From: Balanoglossus misakiensis
Taxonomy: Eukaryota > Animalia > Hemichordata
DNA length: 64,000 nt
Assembly (NCBI GenBank): GCA_040954595.2
Contig: CM082578.2
Coordinates: 12,338,520 to 12,402,519, forward strand
Direction: 5' to 3'
The position numbers and the translations under genes were made by a program. How positions within the stretch are numbered: the stretch's first letter is position 1; each line of letters opens with the position of its first letter. The notes below the pieces were generated by a model, which had not been told where the DNA came from, ran no database searches, and worked only from the letters and a program-made list of their open reading frames with translations. Positions 49,098 through 60,600 of this stretch are shown here, one piece after another.

Positions 49098-51487
49098 GTA
49101 AGAATTGTGATTTCCACATAAACTTCATCCCCAGGCAAGAAATTTTGATATCTTTACAGAACCTCACATCTTTATATTTTTCGGTGTGGGGCGCGGGGTG
49201 GAAGGAGCGGAAGCTAGTGGCTTCTCGTTTGATTTCAAAGCGTGCACCACTTGGCGCGTGCCAAAGTTTCACCAGGATTTGCGCAATTTGACGTGTAGGT
49301 GCGAGCATCGCTGCTTTAGAAACACAATTCCTTGAATTCATCGTCGTCAGCATCGAGAAACAAGTCTTTCAAATTGATAGAATGCATTTCTTGAACGTGT
49401 TTTTTTTTTTTACAAATCATGATTTGTATCGAGAGCGCACTGATCCAGGAATTAAGTTAGCTGAGTAAGAGGCGATACAGATATATACGGATTTACGTTC
49501 TGTGGCAGAATTGGAAAAAAGATGAAGCGATATCAATTTGATTGAAACACAAGTGTCCTGCGCACAATGAAACGGCTGAAAGAGACAGTTGGGTGTGACG
49601 AAATGAAAGCAGAATCTCAAAGAAGACACTTCAATATCATTTCATTTATCGCATGCGACAAAATATTACATTGATTTTTTTGCGTTCTGGAGCATGTGCG
49701 GTTTTCAGTGTTGAAATTTGTGCTGGGGAAGGGGGGACTCTCATTTCTTGCACATGTTTATACAATAAGCGCGGCAAGCCCACAGCAAAACAGGTTTCGG
49801 TGGATGTTGGTGACGTCAGTGTTAATTGGACACCAGGAGAAATTTAGCTGGATTTGCTTTGATGGAACACAATCACCTGACGACACCCCCGAAAAAGTTG
49901 TGTAAATTTTTCTGAGGCTTTCCAAATCATTTCAAGGTATCCTGTTGGCTTCGGGTGACTCGTGTGATTTTTCACTGGTACTGTACAAATGCATTATTTT
50001 ATTTCAGTTCCTGGGCCCAATATATTTGCTGGCTTCTTTCAAATAGCTTTCTTTATCAAGTCGATTTTTGCTAGCCTATTTCTTTTTGTTCGTTTCTCGT
50101 TTTATGAACGGTTGTGGGCTCAGGCGGACTATTTGAATTTTTTTGCCACCAAACCCGGCGGCAAAATTGACGCCAAAGCGCCCCCTAGGGCCATGTTGGT
50201 CACGTTGGTGCGATCACCTATGGTCATGCAAGTTCCAACATAGACCCTGGCGCTCCAGGGGCATCGCGACTTAAACACCTGTACATTTTATCCCGTGTTA
50301 AAATATTAACAAGATGGATGCAATCGGAAGGAAAAATGTTCAGGAACTTCCCCGTTAATACCACCATTTGAATTGAGACTTCGAATATCGGCATAGGACT
50401 GGTGATGTTCACTTTTATATGCGCGCCTGCACATGACCCAACACATTATTTACAGCAAAAGATTTGAATAATTCAAAGCACCGGGAGTTTGAATGTACGT
50501 GGAACTATTTACACATGGCCAGTTTAGAGCCCTTTATCCTGGTTGGCATGCGCTCTGTCCAGGTATAGGTGTACAGGCAACGGAAAGAGCTAAAGACTTG
50601 AGACTGCGTGGTGATTACTATTACAAATTCAATTTCCTTCTCCGATACGTAAAACCCTGCGCGCAAGACACGGCGTCGCCAGAGAAGAGCGGGAAGAAAA
50701 GCAGCGGCCGAGGGAAAGCGATAGTGCGATTAAGCCGGGTGGCATTGCACTAGAAAACCCTCGAGGACTGCAAAGTACTTTTAATTGCTTACTTCGCGAA
50801 ATTCAGTCGTATTACGGAGGTTAAAACCCAATTCTGTCGGTGGCTGTACCTTGTGACCGCAACATCGTTACCGCTGTGCCGGGGGGGGGGGGGGGGTTAA
50901 TCTCGCAGCCTAGCTAGAGTCCCTCCTTAAGTCCGACAGCTTGCGCGGACAAATATGATATCGCTTTAAAAGTGCAATGTTTATGTTGCGGCGAAGTGAT
51001 CGCCATCACGTCGCCATGGGAACAGAGTTGAAGATATTTCCCTGGCTGGATTCGATTGGTAGAAACTAATTACACGTTCCATGCCGGGTTAATGGTCTAA
51101 TTCATCGGATTCATTCTGCGATGACCTCTGTACGCTGACCTCAATACACATAACGTGCTATTATACATAGATTAGTCTTTTTTTAACCATTCCAACGAAT
51201 ATTCATGAAAGAACTTCTGCAAAGCCGATTGAACAGTCTGGGCGTGCGCTCCTTGGATCTAATGTTTAAACCCTGAGACTGGCAACAGCCTTATACTTCT
51301 GTCTGCATCTGTGAAGTGCCCTGTCCGTCTTCGTGACTGTCCCCAATTTCTGTCCCTTTAGCTATCTCTTTCTAATATACTTATCCAAGATCCTGCCTGT
51401 TTAGCCTCTGATTTTGTACAAGTCTCTTCTGTTAGTCTGTCTGTCTGTCAGAGCCGCTTTGCTCTTTTGTAATTATTACCCTCTGCA

Positions 51488-51722
51488 ATGTATGTATGCA
51501 TGTATGTATGTATGTATGTATGTATGTATGTATGTATGTATGTATGTATGTATGTATGTATGTATGTATGTATGTATGTATGTATGTATGTATGTATGTA
51601 TGTATGTATGTATGTATGTATGTATGTATGTATGTATGTATGTATGTATGTATGTATGTATGTATGTATGTATGTATGTATGTATGTATGTATGTACATG
51701 TATGTACATGTATGTATGTATA
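51488..51722. repeat. (TATG)n tetranucleotide microsatellite, ~235 bp
   Basis: Near-perfect tandem tatg units. This repeat produces the spurious MYVC/HTYI ORFs. Confidence 0.99.
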
Positions 51723-54700
51723 TAATACGCCAACCATAAATAATGATATAAACGCGCCAGTGTGTTGATAATAAATCATCATACAGGTATAAACAGATTA
51801 GGACGTGGCGCTATACAGTACATCTCCTTAGCCACGATTTTTTGTATTGATGTAATTTACTGAACCCCTGTAGTGTTTCTGATGAGACAGATATTACACC
51901 TATGGTGGTACAAATAGAGCGTTTCGATTGGATTGTTTATTGGCGGCAGAGCATTGTTAGATCCAATTATTTCACTCTCAGGTGGACGTCCATTTATCCG
52001 TCAGATATTACAGGAAAGTCGACAAGTGTAGTGTTCATCCATGAAAGCTCGAGGAACAAAGGGTGGTTAGGACTATTCATTGCCGGAGGCTGTTTTCATA
52101 ACCATGTTTTATCGATACGGATGTCGCAAACAGAAGAGCGTTGTCTAAATTCACCGTGGCTGATGATACGCGTTGAGAAGCATTACCCGGCGTGTATTAT
52201 AATACCCTGTCGTGTCTTGCAACTCCAGCCTCTGCGAAAATTGGTCGGCGAATAGGAGGCAGAAAAAATGCTGAGAGACAGCAAATCACGGGCATTGGTA
52301 CTTCTACATTCGTCTGTCGAAGATGAACCCGCGCTTCTGAAAATAGAAAAAAACGACGCTTTTATTTAGAGTAATGGAAGCTGGCATATCAACAGTGAAG
52401 CCTTAATGACGTATACATCGCCATACAAAATCTGCCGCGGATTTCTTTGCGCCATTCACGGTTCCATCTGATCTCCACGAGTCAATCAAAGGATTTTCTG
52501 TGCATTTTGTCTCTGATAACATAATACGCACAATGCGACGAGATATTGCCAAACTACCATCATATTTCATGTGGTAAAAAAATGAAGCAAAATGTCACAT
52601 TAGTTAAACGAGGACGTCGTGCCTGGGTCGGCCGAACTCCAGTAAAGCATTTCATATCAGAAGGCTTTAATGACCCGGTAATAATTCACACTAAGTGGTT
52701 CCGCCAGGAAAATAATGTGCAAAATATACAATTTAATATTCTGTCAGTGTGGATGTGGGAAGGCTCCGTCGACGCGAGGATTTCCAAGCCCACATTACTT
52801 TCGCATGCAGTGCTGGAAAGGTCGTTTGTACGAGTTAAAACCAAGGTGTCTTTTTTTTACTACAGATTACTGTACATTCACTTGGCGAGACTTCTGAAGT
52901 GCCTGTATTAATGCGGATGCTTGAACACTTGCATTTTAATTTCCGTCGAGCATAGATAGTTTCAGATCTGTAATTATGTGACAGGCGACGCAGTTAAGAC
53001 AGTATTCTGGCGGATCAAAGCATATTTCGCTCGGAGTGAAAGAACGCTTCAATACTGCTCTTTTTTGTGCCATATATTTTAGATGAAAGGCAGGTTTGGT
53101 CTCTGAGATGAAGTTGCCTTCAATTCGGAGGTGTTCTAAATATAGTCATAGTGCATAATTACTCTCGGTTAAAGGCTTTGACAAATTTTGTTTTGGGGCA
53201 TTGCCTTTGTTCGGCGATTGGTACATATGGACACTTTGATTTCCATTATACAAGCACGATGAATGATTTCGTTAATTAAAACCGTTTGGGGGACAAGTTA
53301 ATGCCACAGAAGATGTGGACCATACGTGAAGTCGATGCACTTTCATTTAATCGCAAGATGATGGAACTGACCATGTTTGAAGTGAAGTAGGGATTGAGAC
53401 CAACTGTAAACACCGTGGGCAAATGCAATCCTCTTCGATTGGGCGCAGACCAACGGTCGCTCGGGAACGTCTCCCATGAGACGCAGTATTTGCCGTTCCG
53501 GACGCGTCGATAGGTTCTATCGTGTTCACTTTGTTTATCAGCATTAGGACAGGGAAGAGAACGAACCTTGGTCAAACAACTCGGCACAGTTTAAACTCGG
53601 GGTTCTGTTCACTGCTCGCTTACGCTCCCAACGCCCCCGACACTTAAACTCGGTGACATATATTTATTACAGACTCGGCGGACATATCCCCGAAAGTCGC
53701 GGATATCGTGCCGTTGACAGCGCAACTCGGCGGATTTGCCGAGCGCCTCGATGAACCACAAGTATTGCACGATGATCCGTGGACATGCCCTGTACTCGGT
53801 TCGGGGATTGCCGCCGACAGTTAAAAAAGGGCGAAGCGTGCATTAAAGTATAATGCCATTGATCCGGCATGACAGGCAAATTAATGTTACATCGCTGACT
53901 AGACATTTTTATTAACCACTCACGCTTGTAGCCTCAGCTTTGTCACGCACTGCCTGTGAAAGAATCTCCAGCGGGGCTGGCATTGGATCAGGGAAACCAA
54001 CCGAGATTGGTTTCCGGTTTAGCTGACAATCATCACACCCTTCGGTGATGTTCTTAGGTGTGCCTAACGACCCTGTCACAACAGAGCATACTCTGCGGGG
54101 CTATCGCAATCAGCTCGAAATTGAAATTCTAATCCACATGGCAGCAAAGCATGCGTAAATTAAACTAAAGAAACAAAATAGCGAATTATTGTATAAAAAA
54201 AACTTGGCGTGCTTCGCTATTGAAATTGAAAATTATTCTTTCTCAGAAAAAGCTCATTCACAAAGGCGGTTCGGCATCCATGTATGGGCTATGCACGTAC
54301 AATCATTCTCTCCGCAACATGGAAACGCTATTGACTGCCATGTTATGTAGTTAACTGAAGTATACATAGTACCCATGCATTCCTGATGCATTTACTTTCG
54401 TACAGACAGACATGAAAATATCTATTAACTAGACGACGCTTTCCACCATGTGTACATACATAAAATGATCTGTGTGTCTGACGTGACCAGACAAGCGGCA
54501 CGTACATATAGACGCTACGCTAGGTAGATGCAGATACCATCAGAGACAGGCAATCCGCCATTTTGAAATGTGCAAGTTTTCTTACTCCCGGAAGTGGCTT
54601 AATGCGCATGACTTTTGACATAAGTATCACAAGGTGGAACCTCGTTCCAGACGGGAAACAGAGTGCCTAATCAATCGCTCATCTTGAGTCAAAGTTGCAC

Positions 54701-56140
54701 CTGCACACGGACATGCTAAAAAGTCTTTGGTACGTATAGGCCAAAAAAACTTTACGATCAGTTGGACAGTTGTTTTTACTTTGCAATAATCCTGCGCATG
54801 CGTCACAGTTGCCCCTCGTTGATCTCTGTGAGTGTGAAACTGCGGGATAGTGTCAATGCAGGTTCATTGTACTGTTAACATGTGTAGCTGAATATATAAA
54901 CCTTGTATACAATCTTGAATTTTTGTTCTCAAGGCTTAGATAACACGTTATCCGCGCTACATTTGAAATTGGAGTCTGTATGTATAGATAGTTGACATGG
55001 AAGTGCCGTCATGTGTATTTCCCAATCCTCGATAACCTTCAGGGGAAAGCCAAATGTTACATCTTACAAATGTTAGATGGCATACCGTCACTTGAGAGTG
55101 TAATCCTTACCGTCGGCTATTATTTTATGCAAGAATGATTAAGTCCCTGTCGCTGCACAGACCCGGTGCAATTTGTTCTTCGAAAAAGTTCTCTTTGATC
55201 AACTGTAATGCAAGCAGGATCTCGGGGATCTTATTACACCGTTTATCATTTCCCAGCCATTTGTCACTGTCGCATAACTATATAGGACATTCCTAGTAGA
55301 CAGTGGAGGGTGTCAGGGTTTCCAGGCACCGTTTTGTATATCGCTTCATGGAACTGTTGATGGAATTGAAGCTCGATCAACGAATATGATCCATTCCTTA
55401 GATGGATAATGTGACCCTACCTTTTGGACAGGACTGTAAACGTGTGACAGTTACCCAAGTCTAGGTATGCGACCTCTCAATAACAATTGAAAGAATGCGG
55501 AAAAGGTCTCCTCGTTTTGATTTCAATCCTTCGGGATGCTGCATCTCGTGGGATAAAACTGAAAACTCTCATTTTGTGCCATCAGTGCCATTGGCGCTAT
55601 TATATAATGTATGGACGCATGCACTTATGCTTTTAGCAGCCTCGCCATATGAGTGTTCTCCTAAGATTCTCAATGCCACTTCTCAAGAACGCGCTCTTGG
55701 CCGTCACGATCACATGCACGGCACTGCGGAGTATCTTTAAGTTACTTTTTTCATTTGAGTTGAACTCAGATATCATTTGACGACTGCATACCCACTGAAT
55801 TGGGAAGAACATTTCTCGGAATTTACACTGCAAAAATCTTAATGTACTTTTTATAGGCAAATTATGATCTCGTCGACGATGTGTTTATGTTCCCCCATGC
55901 GTGCTATAAGTGAAGTTGATAAAATCCAATCTTGCATACAACTCTGACTTTACGACGTCCAGTCGTTTTAATGGTGGCCATGGAAACTCGACGATTCAGA
56001 GAGTAGCTGTTGCCTGAATCATAGGTTCGGACGATCTTGGCACAGGAAGACGTGACTAAGAGGGTGGTTCCAGCACAGAACCTGACCCTGACGTCGTCAG
56101 ACAGAAGTCGCGCAGGGGTACACGATACAACATGTGCACA

Positions 56141-56174
56141 GACTGCTTCCGGCTCATGACTGCTTCCGGCTCAT
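56141..56174. repeat. Perfect 17-bp tandem duplication
   Basis: gactgcttccggctcat x2. Confidence 0.9.
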
Positions 56175-57628
56175 GGCGTGCAAATTACAATCGCGTGCAA
56201 CGAAAAACGGGCCGGTGGCTGTGCATCCGGTGCTACACGCTCTTTTCAACAATACTTGAATTAGCTGATTTTGTTATTTTCCACGTGGCGTATACGAAGC
56301 TTAATTATCAGTGGGCGAAAGTGGACGGTTTCGTACTATATGTAAATAGACGCATGCGCGGGCGGGTATATAGCAATCGGATGTTGAAGTATCTCCACGG
56401 AAGCGGACAAAGAAATCTTAGATTTCATTCCGGATTCTTTTTTTGCAGTTGGAGGAAAACGGGGAACAATCTCGTGTTTATCGTATCGTGTTTAAAGGGG
56501 CTCTCCAGTCTGATAAAGGGCAATGTTGATCTTGTGATGAAACACGCATTCAGAGAAATGAACCAAGCGAACGAATCTAATCGGTCGCCACAGGGCACGC
56601 ACTTATTAATGTTACCACGAGTCAATATCACCACAACGGGAATGACATTTAAACCACCCTTCAGGGAATCCGAAATTACATTTTCATACAAATAGTCATC
56701 AAATTTAAGTCTCCCCCCAAACGTGCTGGTAAAATTTAATTTTCCTCCCAGTTGCTCTTTGCCGGTAATCATTCTTGTCTGCCCGACAGCCAAACATCCT
56801 TTGTAGAAGTTATAATTCAACGAGGCAACTTGTTTTATTCCTGCATTCTGTCGCGCCATAAAAGGAAAGTCGTCAAATTCTTTACGTCGCCCCGAAGAAA
56901 CGGTTCGCAAGTTTCTAATTATTTTCTTTCAACTCTGAAATACAACGCCTGCAAGAGTATATCAACTAACTGAATTAAAGTCGACAAATGACTGGTTTTG
57001 TTTTGTGTGTTTTTTTGTTGAGAAACGCACTCAAAGAACGGCCTCGATACAATGAACATATGGAAGAACGACGGTGTGTATTAATTTAGCAAATTGGCCG
57101 GTGTTGTTGGCGCGCCTATACGTGCGACGAGAATGGAACAAGAAAAATATGCGCGAAAGACACCGTCGGGGCATTTTGTCGAAGGAGTGTAGGGAGCTAT
57201 CTGCTGTGACCGCGCATACATATGACGGAAATGTAGCGATACTTTGTTTTTTTTAGCACACGGTGATTTATTTTGTTCCCATTACCAAGATTCATTTTCA
57301 GGAGTAACCAAGGATATTATATTGCTTCTTGGTCGTTTCGTAGGGAACTTCTGCACTGAATGCATTAAGCTTAATGCCATCACACCGGATGACTCATTAT
57401 ATCTGCATGGGTGATTGTTATGAAGTATGGCCCTTTTCACAAATGTTTACACGTTCTGTTTTATTCATGAGTCGAAAATCTGTGCACCAGACAGCTAAAT
57501 ATAGGATATGTATATACACCACGATGCAGACGACCATCACGGCACATAGATGCCATATGCACGCGAGAAGCCGTGGATGCTGTCCATATACATGTATCAC
57601 GGAATTGTTTTATAAAGCGTTCGATAGA

Positions 57629-57685
57629 TCAATTAATCAATCAATCAAACTTTATCATCCTAGTTTGGGCAATTTAAGTTGAGCG
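57629..57685 (-). mobile_element. Possible 3' tail of a LINE/SINE
   Basis: Minus strand reads ...gataaagtttgattgattgattaattga, a polyA-like signal followed by (ATTG)n, as in microsatellite-tailed retroelements. Confidence 0.3.
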
Positions 57686-60600
57686 TTTTTCCAAGCTGCA
57701 CAATTCTCTGAATATGTTGTTCTCGTTAAAAAAAGTGAGTGACTGCTATGTTTGTTAATCTGGTCACGTGTTTGGTTATCCGCACATTCAGAAAGTCATG
57801 TTTCAAAATAAAAAAAGAGATATTCACAAAAGCCCGTCCCCTTTGTTAAGTTGCCCAGGTTGTATGGCCATTGCCTGAGATTAGCAGTTTGCTTCGAAAT
57901 ACAGATAGGCCCTATACCTACCCAGAATCTAACTTCTGGCGTTGCCGGCAAGGCTCTGAAAGCGCCCAGTCGAAATCCGCCAATACTGACTCCATGACTA
58001 GTCTGACATAAAGAAAATTCCATAATGATGACAGTGACTGAACAGGGGGAAATTGCATTCGCCGGTTGCTGGGAAAAAAACACCACCCCAGGTGCCGACG
58101 GCTCATTATGCGAGACCCGTGTCTGCTGGATCTGTGCGAATTACTTTGCGCGATACCTACGAATGAAATTATTTCACGATTCGTTCATTGGATCCCTGAT
58201 TGATTGGTATAGACCGGGGTTATAATGACGTCCGAGAAAAATGACGGATTAATATATTTGTTTGTGATAAATCAATGTCATGCTATAGGTGCAGAGCATT
58301 GAAATTAATCTGAGTTTTTTTCTCGGGAGTTTCAGCATCCAAGCGTTGACCTGGAAAATGCGTGAACTATAAGAATTACTAGTCGCCCTTTTGAAACTTA
58401 CCGCCCATGGGCATATTATTACGCGCTTACAGTCAAAATTCAATACGGGCGACATTATTAGTATATGATACTGTTCAGGAACACGTGCATATCGTGTATG
58501 ATACGCTCCTAATGGGTCAATATATATAGAATTTCTACCAAATGTCTTTCGCGCTTCGAAGGAAAAATGTCGCCAAAATATTCTTCTACATGAAAGGTAA
58601 TGATAGTGCTTCAATGGATAATGAAGTAAATTTAGTACCGGGATATGTTTATGGTGCGGATTTCACGATGAAGGACAATTTGTTTTACGACATTTAACCA
58701 TTCTGCGACAATGGCGTCGTAAGTTTTATTTGATTCTGCGCATGACGAGATTGGTGTTTCAATGACGAATAAATTCGCACGTCAAAAAGTAACGTGACAA
58801 ACGTTGCTTCGGTGCCGTTGTCGACAAATGCTACCGTATTTTTTCGGTTACAAGACTACAATCTTATCAGAGCTGTACCCTTACACGTTTTTCCATCACC
58901 GCACAATCTTTGGTTGTTTACCAAAAATGTGTCTAGTCGAATATTCACAGGTTACCCTAGTATGTTATAGTTTCGCTGTAACAGCCGATGAAGGACTCAG
59001 CATGGGATTTCAATAAGCTGACAACAAAACGACTCCTCAGCTGAAACTGAAATTATCTTTAAATGTCGCACTGTGCCGCGAGAAAAGAGGACAGCCCGGA
59101 AAGAGGGCCCGGAGCACAGGTGGCCACGTGCCCTGCATGCACGCGCTCTGCCAATGCTTCTTCGACTCAGAAGAATACTAGTAAACAGACCCGGTGATGA
59201 GAAAATTGTTTCAAGTGGCGGTGTACTCCCACAGTGGCGCCAGGGCGCATTGCGCCTAACCGAGCAGATCAGGGAAAAAACAATGATTACGTGGCGCCGG
59301 TGTTGACAAAATATCCGAATCAAAGTGGAAATAAACCAGCACGTGTTTGCAGGACACAGTCAAATGAATATATGGAAATCATCAATCAAGAACAGTGTAA
59401 ACCATTGGTGTGTATTTAATAATAATCTCTATAAATAATTCCTTTTTGACCCTGCCAATAACCGAGCACCACAAGTCAAAGGCTTTCCCCCTTTTATAGG
59501 GGTGTTTACGTCGAAACCAGAATTCCGACAGGTGCCATTTTGTATTCCCCTACCGTTAATGAGCATCATCTAATCTATAGGCTGACTCACTAAAACCTCC
59601 ACCTGAATCCGAGTCGGAGAAATCTAACCGACTCAGCGCAGACACAGTGAGCAGAGAGATTCAAGCAGGGGTTATTGACTTTGTGGGCGAAATCAAACAG
59701 AGACACCGACAACGGTGAGTCGTAATTTGTGCCGCATGCCGCCTCCGAAAGCCCCCTTTTATGTCTCTAGCTTTGCTTTTGTGTTTTTTAAAGCCAATTG
59801 CCGGGCTGCCGTGGCCTCGTGAATGTTTAAATACGCGACTTTATCAGTCAGTATCTTGTCTGTATTGCCGCGCAGTAAAACTGTAATTTATTCGCAAATG
59901 GCATTCAGCGCTTCATGGGTCAATGTTGTTCTTAATTTAACGCAACGGTAAGAGAAACCGTGTCGCTGACTACGCCAAAAATTTTGTAATGTTGCAAATC
60001 CAGTCAAAATCACCTAAATTGTCAAACGGCTTAATATTCTGGTGGTATAGTACCAGAATTAAGAAAATGGCATACTGTAATCACGTGATCATCCCCGTTG
60101 TAATACCAGATATTGAGCTGTTTCATTCTAACAGATCTTATGAATGCCTTTTGATGGCGTGGTTAAAGCTTTCTCCTCTCCGAGGAGAGAACACGGGCAA
60201 CCACCTTGAGAGTTACTAATGGCTAATGCGGAGGTTGAACTTTGAACTTTTTCATTATGCTGCAAAAAACACTCCATGCCAGAGGAAAAGACAAATCCCC
60301 CGCGGTTAAAACAACGGATTATAACTACTCAAGACCGCTAAATTTCAAAATCATTACCCATATGCTCCAAGGAACCATTTTAAAAAGGCACGATCAGCAA
60401 GACGAAAAATGTCTGGCTGTCTTGAATTGAAGCCCTTTGCAAAAAAACAAACATATAATATCAGCTGTATATGGAAGCGACCTCATTTTGGGAAGAAATT
60501 GTTCATGGAAAAGACTTTACAACCCAAAGGATACATTATAGTGGTGCAAAATTACTCTGCCATCGAGCGTATAGAAAACAGTATTAATGGAATATCATTA

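Noticed and set aside
51414-51782. ORFs encoding MYVC/HTYI repeats
   Set aside because: These are translations of the (TATG)n microsatellite.
56132-56910. 187-aa and 161-aa ORFs; also 48820-49353
   Set aside because: No recognisable motifs, no codon bias and no supporting splice structure.
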